Assembly: GCF_006345805.1 (NCBI RefSeq)
Contig: NC_043023.1
Location: 10,292,001 to 10,356,000, forward strand
DNA from: Octopus sinensis
Taxonomy: Eukaryota
Direction: 5' to 3'
DNA length: 64,000 nucleotides
Below, piece after piece: positions 1-16,271 of this stretch (its first letter is position 1; each line of letters begins with the position of its first letter). Below the pieces are notes generated by a model that was not told the DNA's origin, did not search any database, and was given only the letters and a program-made list of their open reading frames with translations. The position numbers were made by a program, and so were the translations under genes.

Positions 1-571
1 CAAAACTGACCTTGCCTGTGATTTTAAGTGTAAAATGTACTCAATACACTCTGTAGTATGGTTGGTGTTAGGAAGAGCATCCAGCTGTAAAAGCTGAGCC
101 AAAACAGACACACAAGTCTGGGGCAGTCTTCTGACTGACCACCTCCTACCAAACCATCCAGCAGATACTGGTATTGAAGGCAGACATTAAATGAAGGGGA
201 TCAGGAAACGAGAATCCTGGCAGTTTGCTGTGTTTGAAAAGACACATCAAGCTAAGTAAAAGCATGGTTGCCCTTGCATACAAGCTTGTCCCTTGCAACC
301 CCCTCCAGCTGAGCATCCCTAATCCTGCAGGCTCATGGGTGCTGATACCACGTAAAAAGCACCCAGTGGTACTGCGTAATATCACCCAGTACATTCTGTA
401 AAGGGTTTGTGTTAGAAAGGGCATCCAGCCATAGAAACTATTTTAAGATAGAGATGGGGCCTGATCAGCCCTTCAGCTGCTTAGCTCCTTTCAAATCATC
501 CAACCCATGCCAGTGTGTAAAATGGAATTTAAATGATGATGAAGTAATAATTTTAAATTTATATATACACC

Positions 572-862
572 TTATAGTATACCATTGCCTTTCTGAGCGA
601 ACAATTTGCCACAGATAACACAGTGATATGGCTTCTCACCTGTATGGACGCGTCTGTGCCTAGTCAAGCCTTGATTTCGAGAGAATGATCTACCACAGGT
701 ATCACAATGATATGGCTTCTCTCCTGTATGAATACGTCGGTGAGTGAGTAGGTTAGTTTTTCGAGAGAATAATTTACCACAGGTATCACAATCATATGAT
801 GTCTTGCCCTCTTCATTCTTTACATCATCAGATAAATCAATTATTTTAGATAGCCTTCCCAC
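572..862 (-). pseudogene. Truncated C2H2 zinc-finger gene fragment (2 complete fingers plus half a finger)
   Basis: ORF reads [14 protein letters not shown]...[17 protein letters not shown]...[24 protein letters not shown]. It has TGEKP linkers, a stop inside finger 3, and no ATG start (GTG). Confidence 0.8.
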
Positions 863-1999
863 TGTATTTGGCTATCTGATGTCATCTACAGTATGGATAT
901 AAATGACACTGGATTTATTTGAGGAATTCCTTCTTGTCAGTAGAGTTTAAAAAATGAGAGAAAGAGAAAGAAAATAGAATTTCCAAGACTAGTATTCACT
1001 ATGATTGTTTCAACCCATCGTGCATCTGTGCCTCGCAGGTGAGATTCTGTACGAACAGTTGTGGGGCATCCTTTGATGCAGACATGTCCCATCAGGTGAC
1101 TTATCAAATGGTTCCTCATATTTAAATTTCTGTTTTGCTTATTTCGATAAGAATTCATTTTGGTACTTGGGACATGTCAAGCTTCTTTCAGTTTCCATCA
1201 ACCATATCTTTGATTGGCCACTCTGGGACTGAACCCAGGACCGTGTGGTTGGGAAGCCAACTTCTTACCACACAACCATCCCTGCACTTCTACAGCCATG
1301 TCTATATAAAAATGTAGTAAAACTTTCACTGCTTTAATCTCTCTAATTCCTAATTATCTTGTATGTTTTACACTGTTGTTTCTCTTTCGTTTCAGATTAT
1401 CAGATGACATCTGCTTCACAGGATTTTTACATAAGCAACGTCATTAGAATGGAAAGTCTTTTGAAGACTGAGCAAAGATGTTATACAAAACACGTATAAC
1501 CCTGTTTCTATGAATATTTACTGAATTACTGCAAAATATATCTGGGGAACTCTGACATATATGTAGCAAAATTTCTCTTCTTTATTGTCTGGAATACACA
1601 GAAAATTATATTTGCATATTAATTAATCATTTAGCATTTAAACTAGCACAAATATTCTGACCCTGCCGTGTCAGTTTAAACATAAACAATCAAATCACTG
1701 AAGTCTCAAAGCTATGAGATAATCCATGATTAATTCAAAACAATATGAATAAATAAGCATTACATTTCACAAAGGAATCTCAATGCTAAACGGTTAAACT
1801 GGCCATATTTTTGTGTGTTTTATATTCATACTAGCCAGATCCCACCCCTCACACCCACCCTACAAGGTCATTCTAAAAATAAACAATCACAACATTGAAA
1901 TCTGAACATGATAACATAATGAATGATTAATTCAGAAGAATTTCAATAAACGTTATATTTGACTGATTAATCTGAATGTTAATGAGTTAAAGCAATTAA

Positions 2000-3251
<1,252 letters not shown>

Positions 3252-3884
3252 GGAATAGATTCATTTCCCAAGTTACAGACATTGTTTATGAGTTTTATTT
3301 TTCAAGCACAACATCCAAATTTTGAAAGTTTCTACTACCATAACAAATGCATCTGTGTCTTACCAAGAAGTTTATAAAAAGCAAAGGAATGCTTCTCAGT
3401 AAACAACTCTAGACTTGTTTCTTGTGAATCAGTGGTCACGTCTACAAATGATGGTGTCCCTGAGTCTTTTCAAAGTGATTCAGAAAACAATTATAATAAT
3501 AATATTTTATCTATTCTAAATGATCTTGACATTGTTTTTGACTTTACATAAAATATTCTTTACATTTTACTGTTGTTTTATTGTCATTTATTTACAAGTA
3601 TTATAAATTTTATTGGTAAAATATTTTTCTAGAAATGAATTACAATTTATAACATTGCTTCTATGGAAAATTATTGCTTTGCTTTATGAGTTTTCCCTTT
3701 AGGAGCAATCTCCAGTAAGAAATTAACTCATATATCAAGGCATTATTGTATCTGACATTATTTTAGCACAAGGCCAGCAATTTCAGGGGAAGGAGTAAGT
3801 TGAATAACCACATGGATCAGCATGTGTGCTTTTTACATGAACTAGCACAAATGCTTCTTACAGGGAGTGGCATTGCACGATATA

Positions 3885-4285
3885 TCTATATATATAAAGC
3901 TGAAGTTGTCTGTGTGTGTGGCTGGTTTGGTAGCCCTCAACTAACACTATCTCCTCCGAGACTCTGCGGTGCAAGTTGACCAAAATTGAGAGGATGATTG
4001 TTGAAGGATTGCTCTTCCTTCCACAGAAGAAAAAAATTCAAATCGCACCATGTCAACAACAAAAATTATTTAGATCAGAAAGGTGCTTTTTTTTCTATGA
4101 AAATCCCAAATTTTTACGATTCTTTGACTGCTGTGACGCCATTTTTCAGTGTATTTCAACCAGAAAACTGTTCACTTTAAGAGAATAACAAGCTACATAA
4201 TGCAAGATTTTTACTTTTCAAAAATTCCAATTCTAAAGGGTCAAAAAGAAAACAAATGCGAGCAACACTGGGCGATTCTTGTAGG
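3885..4285 (+). mobile_element. Helitron-like non-autonomous element (degenerate 3' end)
   Basis: A|TC...ataaagctgaag start, and an end resembling gagcaacgccgggcgatactgCTAG|T. Homologous to 6801-7200 and, reverse-complemented, 58306-58697. Confidence 0.6.
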
Positions 4286-5162
4286 ATATATATATTTATA
4301 TATATTTATATGAAGTTATTATGTTACTTCTCATATATATTTGAAGGCGCATGGCTCTCTAATTCCTAATTATCTTGTATGTTTTACACTGTTGTTTCTC
4401 TTTCGTTTCAGATTATCAGATGACATCTGCTTCACAGAATTTTTACATAAGCAAAGTCATTAGAATGGAAAGGCTTTTGAAGACTGAGCAAAGATGTTAT
4501 ACAAAACACGTATAACCCTGTTTCTATAAATATTTACTGAATTACTGCAAAATATATCTTCTGAACTCTGACATATATGTAGCAAAATTTCTCTTCTTTA
4601 TTGTCTGGAATACACAGAAAATTATATTTGCATATTAATTAATCATTTAGCATTTAAACTAGCACAAATATTCTGACCTCTCACACTCACCCTGCCGTGT
4701 CAGTTTAAACATAAACAATCAAATCACTGAAGTCTCAAAGCTATGAGATAATCCATGATTAATTCAAAACAATATGAATAAATAAGCATTACATTTCACA
4801 AAGGAATCTCAATGCTAAACGGTTAAACTGGCCATATTTTTGTGTGTTTTATATTCATACTAGCCAGATCCCACCCCTCACACCCACCCTACAAGGTCAT
4901 TCTAAAAGTAAACAATCACAACATTGAAATCTGAACATGATAACATAATGAATGATTAATTCAGAAGAATTTCAATAAACATTATATTTGACTGATTAAT
5001 CTGAATGTTAATGAGTTAAAGCAATTAAGAAGGCAGTTTGCAGCATCTTCAGATATTAACAAAGATCACTTTTGATGAGATATATCAGTAGAAATATTTG
5101 TTCAGAGCAATATACGAGAAGAAGGAAAACCTTTGTGAACTGTGACAAGAGAAAGGAACATT

Positions 5163-6183
<1,021 letters not shown>

Positions 6184-6800
6184 GGAATAGATTCATTTCC
6201 CAAGTTACAGACATTGTTTATGAGTTTTATTTTTCACGCACAACATCCAAATTTTGAAAGTTTCTACTACCATAACAAATGCATCTGTGTCTTACCAAGA
6301 AGTTTATAAAAAGCAAAGGAATGCTTCTCAGTAAACAACTCTAGACTTGTTTCTTGTGAATCAGTGGTCACGTCTACAAATGATGGTGTCCCTGAGTCTT
6401 TTCAAAGTGATTCAGAAAACAATTATAATGATCATATTTTATCTATTCTAAATGATCTTGACATTGTTTTTGACTTTACATAAAATATTCTTTACATTCT
6501 ACTGTTGTTTTATTGTCATTTATTTACAAGTATTATTAATTTTATTGGTAAAATAATTTTCTAGGAATGAATTACAATTTATAACATTGCTTCTATGGGA
6601 AATTATTGCTTTGCTTTATGAGTTTTCACTTTAGGAGCAATCTCCAGAAGAAATTAACTCACATATCAAGGCATTATTTTGGCGCAAGGCCAGCAATTTC
6701 AGGGGAAGGAGTAAGTTGAATAACCACATGGATCAGCATGTGTGCTTTTTACATGAACTAGCACAAATGCTTCTTACAGGGAGTGGCATTGCATGATATA

Positions 6801-7677
6801 TCTGTATAAAATAAAGCTGAAGTTGTTTGTGTGTGTGTGTGTGGCAGGTTTTGTAGCCTTCAACTAACACCATCTCCTAAGAGACCCTGCTGTGCAAGTT
6901 GATCAAGTTTGAGAGTATCATAGATAAAGGCTTGCTCTTCCTTACGTAGAAGAAAAAATTCAAATCGGCCCATGTTAACCCCAAAAATTATTTACATCGA
7001 AAAGGTGCTTTTTTACTATGAAAATCCCTATTTCTTTACGAATTTTTGACTTCTGTGCTGCCACTTTTCTGTGTATTTCAACCAGAAGAATCTTCACTTA
7101 AAGAGAATAACAAGCTACATAATGCAAAATTATTACTTTTCAAACATTCCAATTCTAAAGGGTCGAAACAAACTCAAGCAACGCCGGGCGATATTGCTAG
7201 TAATCTCTCTATATATAAAATTGAGATCTTTCCGGTTTGAACGGCAGTTTTTAAAAATAATTTCCACCTAACTAAACACTTTCAAACTTCGTATACTGGT
7301 AGAATATGTTTATAAAATGTCTTTTTCTCTTGGCTTTATTGAGAAAATTCTATGGTTTGTAAAATATTTGTTGTTTTTTTTCTGCAATTTCAACCAATCA
7401 ATGACGTCTATTGGGGTAAAAAAAAACACATTCTGTGCCGTATGAATATGTCCCTCGTTTAAGAAACAGATTGGGTTTATTTACATTTCTGAAGAAAAAA
7501 AGATACCCTAACCCTAAAACAGATTGAAATGCAATAGATCGATACAAGGGTCATAATTATGGGTGACTTTTTCATATAACACCGCCAGAAAAACTGCCGT
7601 TCAAACCGAAAAGATCCCACAATTCTAATTCTAAATGATCGAAACAAACCCGAGCAACGCCGGGCGATACTGCTAGT
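6801..7677 (+). mobile_element. Two head-to-tail Helitron-like non-autonomous elements (6801-7200; 7204-7676)
   Basis: Each starts A|TC and ends GC-rich palindrome (cgccgggcg) plus CTAG|T, which are canonical Helitron termini. Confidence 0.7.
7225..7616. mobile_element. MITE nested in the second Helitron-like element
   Basis: TIRs gatctttccggtttgaacggcagtttt and aaaactgccgttcaaaccgaaaagatc. An inverted second copy lies at 63030-63447. Confidence 0.8.
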
Positions 7678-7807
7678 AAGCATATAAAGCTATAAAAAAA
7701 TCGAAAGGGTTTTTATTTTTACTGGACTTCGGTTTATGTACTTGCTTATCTCCCTTTACTCGTCTAATTAGCCTATTGTTTTCCCACTGTTGTAATAAGC
7801 AACACGT

Positions 7808-8191
7808 ACTTCTGTCCGATCTAATTACTTCTTCTCATTAATGTTGTAATTATTGTGGTAACAACGTTCCTTCGTATATCACATACTTTTGTCCGATCTA
7901 ATTACTTCTTTTAATTAATGTTGTAATTATTGTGGTAACAACGTTCCTTCGTATATCACATACTTCTGTCCGATCTAATTACTTCTCATTAATGTTGTAA
8001 TTATTGTGGTAACAACGTTCCTTCGTATATCACATACTTTTATCCGATCTAATTACTTCTCATTAATGTTGTAATTATTGTGGTAACAACGTTCCTTCGT
8101 ATATCACATACTTTTGTCCGATCTAATTACTTCTGTTAATTAATGTTATAATTATTGTGGTAACAACGTTCCTTCGTATATCACATACTTC
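7808..8191. repeat. Minisatellite, ~73-78-bp unit, ~5 copies (degraded copy at ~17880-18275)
   Basis: Repeated tacttYtgtccgatctaattacttc...attaatgttgtaattattgtggtaacaacgttccttcgtatatcaca. Confidence 0.95.
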
Positions 8192-8671
8192 TGATGGCTG
8201 ATACCCCTTACGTTGTCGAGCGGTTACTGTTTATATCTCGTTCAGAGATTTATTATTGTTTTCAGACAGTTTTTCTACATCAGTGACAGTGGTTACTGTG
8301 AAAAACATTATATATTACTTGCGAGGGGACTCCTTCATCGAAGACCAGTGCTTACCATGCGTTGACGAGAGGCAATTACCTTGAAACTATAGTCCGTATG
8401 TAGTACTCGGGTCTTCGAGGGAGGATGACCTCCCTTTGCAAGTAACACAAGGACACTGATATAGTGTCTAAAGTCCTTTTGGTGACGTTGATCGCCTGGG
8501 GCTAAAATCATCAGTAACACCCCACCCCAGTGGCTAGCCACGTTCAGATGGCTGATACCCCTTACTTTCAATATAGTAACCCTCACAACAAATCACAGCA
8601 CATAGCCAAGGCACACAGAGCTGCGCTCGGTAGTGAAGTGAAAGCACTCTATAAAAACAAAACTACTGAAT

Positions 8672-8704
<33 letters not shown>

Positions 8705-8706
<2 letters not shown>

Positions 8707-8889
8707 GGCGCAGGAGTGACTGTGTGGTAAGTAGCTTGTTTACCAGCTGCATCGTTCTGGGTTCAGTCCCAATGCGTGGCACCTTGGGCAAGTGTCTTAT
8801 ACTATAGCCTTGGGCCGACCAGAGCCTTGTGAGTGGATTTAGTAGACGGAAACTGAAAGAAGCACGTCGAATATATATGTATATATATT

Positions 8890-8958
<69 letters not shown>

Positions 8959-9160
8959 TGTGTGTCTGTGTTTGTCCCCCTAGCATTGCTTGACAACTGA
9001 TGCTGGTGTGTTTATGTCCCCGTAACCTAACGGTTCGGCAAAAGTCACCGATAGAATAAGTACCAGGCTTACAAAGAATAAGTCCTGGTGTCGAGTTGCT
9101 CGATTAAAGGCGGTGCTCCAGCATGGCCGCAGTCAAATGACTGAAATAACTAAAAAAAGA
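8705..9160 (+). mobile_element. Composite CORE-like SINE family A (tRNA-like head + microsatellite + 3' module). Other copies at about 20820-21200 (+), 21520-21725 (-), 22440-22672 (-), 24340-24800 (-), 29294-29670 (+), 31685-32125 (-), 32290-32685 (-), 55820-56235 (-), 57838-58245 (+), 61777-62115 (+), 62280-62525 (-)
   Basis: ggcgcaggagtggctgtgtggtaag head, A/B-box-like motifs, CORE-type ccttgggcaagt, internal (TA)n/(TG)n, and conserved tail ...gctccagcatggccgcagtcaaatgactgaaacaagtaaaagag. Confidence 0.85.
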
Positions 9161-10552
9161 AAAAGAGAAAAAAACGCAAAGTAAATAAATTTTTAAACTA
9201 AGTAATCTTTTACTTGTTTCGGTCATTTGACTGCGGCCATGCTGGAGCACCGCCTTTAATCGAGCAACTCGACCCCGGGACTTATTCTTTGTAAGCTCAG
9301 TACTTATTCTATCGGTCGCTATTTCCGAACCGCTAAGTGATGGGGACATAAACACACCAGCATCGGTTGTCAAGCAATGTAATTTAATTGTTCATTTTGA
9401 ATTGATAAAAATGTGTTTTTTTTCTAATTTTTTAGATATATATATATTATATTGTGAAATTTGATTTAGTATTCCTAAATTGAATTTTTTTCCTTGTGAG
9501 TTTGGATTTATATTCCCTCAAATAATTATTATATGTATGTATATATATATATCACGGTGATCTATGTAAAGGGCATCTATACTGCTTTGCATAAAAAACA
9601 CCCATACATGTACCCTGTGAGAAGATCTCAACACATTCTCTAAATTTGGATGATTGTAATTGTCGTAAGCCACGGTGTATCAGTTTTTTATGTGTGTATG
9701 TGCGTATATAAAGATATAATTAAAACAAAACGTATACACCCACATATACATATATATATGTACATAAATATATATACTAATTATATACGTTTTTATTATT
9801 ACTTTTTTGACTTTTTATTGTTATTTTAATTTTAATATATCTATTATATGTAATTTTCTAGATGGTGTAATTTAATTGTTCATTTTCAATTAATAAAAGG
9901 TGGTGTTTTTTTCTGTATATTTATTATATTGTGTGAAATTTGATTTAGTAATTCTAAATTGAATTGTTTTCCTTGTAAGTTTTCTCTACAAAACTACTTT
10001 AAAACGTTTTCCAATGGCTGAATGACGAAACGTATTAATCTGGTTTCTGCCCTTAATATTCTGCTAAAGTAAGGATGCATCTTGTACACCAGCGAATACT
10101 CAGTGAAGTGCAAGTAAATCAGTTGACCAAAAGATTGACTCCTCTTTGTGAAACGACGGAGATCCACCACCGTTATAAGCCTATGAAGCCATCTAAAGAT
10201 CGAATGCTTCTTTTTCCCGTAATTAGGCTCATGCCCTTGCTTATCTCCCTTTACTCACTAATTTTCCTTATCGTCTTTCAATGAATTAATACCAACACAA
10301 ATTTCTCTCAGATCTAATCCCTTCCTCTAATCAATGCTGGCATTTTTTTTTGGAATATTATATGGAGCTGCTTTCTTTTCATTTCGTTTTCTACGCACTT
10401 TATGTAGGTACTACTAGCGAACAGTGGTCCCGGTGCGCTCACACGCACATGGGTCTTTTTAGCAAGCACAGCAAACGTTCGCATTTTCTAAAGGTGACAT
10501 ATTACTAATTGGTCATTCATTCGTGGAAGTTGCTTTTGATATAATAGTTTCT

Positions 10553-10940
10553 TAAGGCGGCGAGCTGGCAGAATCGTTAGCACGCCGGGCGAAATTCCTG
10601 GCCGTATTTCGTCTGTTTTTTATGTTCTGAGTTCAAATTCCGCCCAGTTCCATTTTGCCTTTCATCCTTGCGGGATCGAGTAAATAACCACTGCTTCGAT
10701 ATAATCGACTTAATCCGTTTGTCTGTCCTTGTTTGTTCCCTCTGTGTTTAGCCCATTCTGGGCAATAAAGAAATAGGTATTTCGTCTGTCTTAACGTTCT
10801 GAGTTCAAATTCCACCGAGCTAGACTTTGCCTTTCATCCTTTCGGGGTCGATAAATTAAGTACCAGTTGCGTACTGTGGTCGATCTAATCGACTGCCCCT
10901 CTCACCCTAAATTTCTTGCCTTGTGCCTAGAGTAGAAAAG
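10553..10940 (+). mobile_element. tRNA-derived SINE family B (head + 2 bodies). Other loci at about 23802-24145 (+), 27305-27718 (-), 30424-30620 (-), 30911-31512 (-), 59085-59310 (-), 59480-59893 (-), 63968-64000 (-)
   Basis: Head ggcggcgagctggcagaatcgttagc, B-box gagttcaaattcc, core gactttgcctttcatcctttcggggtcgataaattaagtacc. Confidence 0.9.
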
Positions 10941-12361
10941 GATACAATTGTTACCTCAGTTACCTGCTAGAAGCAAAGTTGTTATTAATAGACTTAATAT
11001 TGGGGGTGTGGGGGAGATTAGTATCAACCTCTCTTTTCGATGGATCTTTATTTTGATTCCGAAGCAATGAAAGGTAAAATTGACATCGGCGGGATTTGAG
11101 ATCAGAACATAAAAAACCACAAGAAATACTGCATGGTGTAAATAGTTGCTGTTAAATTTGGTACCACGCTACGAATTCGTTTCGGTATTTCAAGCAAACC
11201 ATTACATGTTTTATATATTCCCCGTTTACGCAATTTTTGTAACGGTTCTTTTTAGGGTCAGATATTCTTTGATCTCGTCTAAAATTATCGACTTTTCTCG
11301 ATGAATTTCTACTTTTGTATCAAAACTGCTGGGGGGAAAGACTCTACGGAGGATAAGGAGTGATATTAAATGGTGAGTAAAGTAATAATTTCATTTTGTT
11401 TTTATATTAGACTGATGAAATGAGTTCCAGGCATCAAAAACAAGTAAGTTCTGGGGTCGATCCAGTCTCACTACAGATTCTTCAAGGCGATGCCCCAGCA
11501 TGATGGCAGTCTAATGACAGAAATAAGTAAAAGATAGTAATAATAAGAAGCAGAATTATAATTATATATATATATATACACACACACAGTTGCAAAATGC
11601 CCCTCCTCCCCGTCCAAGGACGGTGATGAGTTGTCAAACATTTAAACCAAATTTTCTCAAGGCAACTTCTCCGACCGCTCCATAGGCCTCCCCTTTGAGA
11701 AACACTGATTTAACCTAAATTAGGGAAACCAGCAAAAGAAGAAATAAAGATAGACTTTTTTTCTATTCCAAAGAAAAACGATTTTATTCACAAAAATATG
11801 CAACCGAAGAGTTTAAAGTACCAGTAATCATAAGGCTGTTGACTGGGAGAACACAAACATGGTTTAAACAGTTCTTTTCATTAAAAAATAATTAAGCATG
11901 CCTATATTTCAATAAAACTTTTGGTTTTGTTAAACAAAGTTAAGGCAAAGAAGAAAAAACTTCTTGAGAAACGAAATAGTCTTTCCTTCCTTCATGCCAA
12001 GTTTGAAGAAAATATCTCTTTTGCATCTTACTTTTTTGGTCTCTTAGATATACTGCATTTTGTGGCATTATTTCATGCCAGCCAGCACAAACTGCATGTG
12101 CATTTTTCTTGCGTACGTGTAGTATCGATCACAACAGATGATGTACTTGCGCATACAAAAGCACGTTCCCATGGCTTTATCGATCGTATTCTCACCTGGA
12201 ATCGATTTTTGTAATATTTTCAAGACTTATACACGTCCTGATACCTTCGGCATCTACATATCGAATTAGGCTGCAATCAGATTGAGGATGCCCAAGATCC
12301 TAGAGGACACACAGACAGACAGAACAGATTTTATATTATAAATATATATATATATATATAT

Positions 12362-12637
12362 ATTAGAAAAAACACCAGTTTTTATCAATTCAAAATGAAC
12401 AATTAAATTACACCATCTAGAAAATTACATATAATAGAAATATTTAAATTAAAATAACAATAAAATATCAATGACGTGTCGTTATTCTACCAATTATATA
12501 AGTTTTTATTTTTTTTGCAATTTACTTAATGATGGATATTTTATTGTTATTTTAATTTTAATAATTCTATTATATGTAATTTTCTAGATGGTGTAATTTA
12601 ATTGTTCCTTTTGAATTGATAAAAGGTAGTTTTTTTC

Positions 12638-12642
<5 letters not shown>
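12362..12642. repeat. Palindromic AT-rich element (~105-bp inverted arms) inside (TA)n
   Basis: attagaaaaaacaccag...caccatctagaaaattacatataatagaa is mirrored by ttctattatatgtaattttctagatggtg...tttttcctaat. Single arms occur at ~9380-9430 and ~9820-9910. Confidence 0.8.
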
Positions 12643-12674
<32 letters not shown>

Positions 12675-13700
12675 AGGTGTTATTTTCTTGAAATTTATTA
12701 TATATATGATTGATTGATTGATTCTAGTTTCAGCTTATGAGCTGTGGCCACGCTGGGGCACCGCCATTATATATTATATTGTGAAATTTGATTCAGTATT
12801 TCTAAATTGAATTTTTTTCGTCGTGAGTTTGGATTTATATTCCCTCAAATAATTATTATATGTATGTATATATATATATATATATATATCATGGTGATCT
12901 ATGTAAAGGGCATCTATACTGCTTTGCATAAAAAACCCCCATACATGTACCATATGAGAAGATCTCGATACAGGCTCTAAAGTGGTTGGCGTTAAGAAGA
13001 GTGTCCAGCTGTAGAAAACAATCTAAATCAGGCAGGAACTGGGGGCAGCACCCCTGTTTGCCAGCACAGGTCAAACCAACCAACCCAGGGAAGCATGGTA
13101 AATGGACATTAAATGTAAAAAGCTGTGCCAAAACTGACCTTGCCTGTGATCTTGCCACTTAAAATGTACTCAATACACTCTGTAGTATGGTTGGTGTTAG
13201 GAAGAGCATCTAGCTGTAGAAGCTGAGCCAAAACAGACACACAAGTGTGGGGCAGTCTTCTGACTGACCACCTCCTACCAAACCATCCAACAGATACTGG
13301 TATTGAAGGTGGACATTATATGACGGGGATCAGGAAACGAGAGTCCTGGCAGTTTGCTGTGTTTGAAAAGACACAGCAAGCTAAGTAAAAGCATGGGTGC
13401 CCTTGCATACAAGCTTGTCCCTTGCGACCCCCTCCAGCTGAGCATCCCTAATCCTGCAGGCTCATGGGTGCTGATACCACGTAAAAAGCACCCAGTGGTA
13501 CTGCGTAATATCACCCAGTACATTCTGTAAAGGGTTTGTGTTAGAAAGGGCATCCAGACATAGAAACTATTTTAAGATAGAGATGGGGCCTGATCAGCCC
13601 TTCAGCTGGTTAGCTCCTTTCAAACCATTCAACCCATGCCAGCTTGTAAAATGGAATTTAAATGATGATGAAGTAATAATTTTAAATTTATATATACACC

Positions 13701-13991
13701 TTATAGTATATCATTGCCTTTCTGAGCGAACGATTTGCCACAGATATCACAGTGATATGGCTTCTCACCTGTATGGACGCGTCTGTGCCTAGACAAGCCT
13801 TGATTTTCAGAGAATGATCTACCACAGGTATCACAATGATATGGCTTCTCTCCTGTATGAATACGTCGGTGAGTGAGTAAGTTAGTTTTCCGAGAGAATA
13901 ATTTACCACAGGTATCACAATCATATGATGTTTTGCCCTCTTCATTCTCTACATCATCAGATAAATCAATTATTTTAGATAGCCTTCTCAC
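13701..13991 (-). pseudogene. Truncated C2H2 fragment, paralogue of 572-862
   Basis: Near-identical ORF ending [16 protein letters not shown]. Confidence 0.8.
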
Positions 13992-15254
13992 TATATTTGG
14001 CTATCTGATGTCATCTACAGTATGGATATAAATGACACTGGATTTATTTGAGGAATTCCTTCATGTCAGTAGAGTTTAAAAAATGAGAGAAAGAGAAAGA
14101 AAATAGAATTTCCAAGACTAGTATTCACTATGATTGTTTCAACCCATCGTGCATCTGTGCCTCGCAGGTGAGAGTCTGTACGAACAGTTGTGGGGCATCC
14201 TTTGATGCAGATATGTCCCATCAGGTGACTTATCAAATGGTTCCTCGTATTTAAATTTCTGTTTTGCTTATTTCGATTAGAATTCATTTTGGTATTTGGG
14301 ACATGTCAAGCTTCTTTCAGTTTCCATCAACATGTCTTTTATTGGCCACTCTGGGACTGAACCCAGGACCATGTGGTTGGGAAGCCAACTTCTTACCACA
14401 CAACCATCCCTGCACTTCTACAGCCATGTCTATATAAAAATGTAGTAAAACTTTCACTGCTTTAATCTCTCTAATTCCTAATTATCTTGTATGTTTTTAC
14501 ACTGTTGTTTCTCTTTCGTTTCAGATTATCAGATGACATCTGCTTCACAGGATTTTTACATAAGCAACGTCATTAGAATGGAAAGTCTTTGAAGACTGAG
14601 CAAAGATGTTATACAAAACACGTATAACCCTGTTTCTATGAATATTTACTGAATTACTGCAAAATATATCTGGGGAACTCTGACATATATGTAGCAAAAT
14701 TTCTCTTCTTTATTGTCTGGAATACACAGAAATTATATTTGCATATTAATTAATCATTTAGCATTTAAACTAGCACAAATATTCTGACCCTGCCGTGTCA
14801 GTTTAAAAAACAATCAAACACTGAAGTCTCAAAGCTATGAGATAATCCATGATTAATTCAAAACAATATGAATAAATAAGCATTACATTTCACAAAGGAA
14901 TCTCAATGCTAAACGGTTTAAACTGGCCATATTTTTGTGTGTTTTATATTCATACTAGCCAGATCCCACCCCTCACACCCACCCTACAAGGTCATTCTAA
15001 AAGTAAACAATCACAACATTGAAATCTGAACATGATAACATAATGAATGATTAATTCAGAAGAATTTCAATAAACATTATATTTGACTGATTAATCTGAA
15101 TGTTAATGAGTTAAAGCAATTAAGAAGGCAGTTTGCAGCATCTTCAGATATTAACAAAGATCATTTTTGATGAGATATATCAGTAGAAATATTGTTCAGA
15201 GCAATACGAGAAGAAGGAAAACCTTTGTGAACTGTGACAAGAGAAAGGAACATT

Positions 15255-16271
<1,017 letters not shown>

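Noticed and set aside
146-424. 92-aa ORF conserved with 13275-13553
   Set aside because: Antisense to a degraded family-E repeat; conservation reflects the recent duplication only.
11590-12335. Possible hAT end (ttgagaaacactg) and a further Helitron-like element
   Set aside because: No matching second terminus identified; too weak to annotate.
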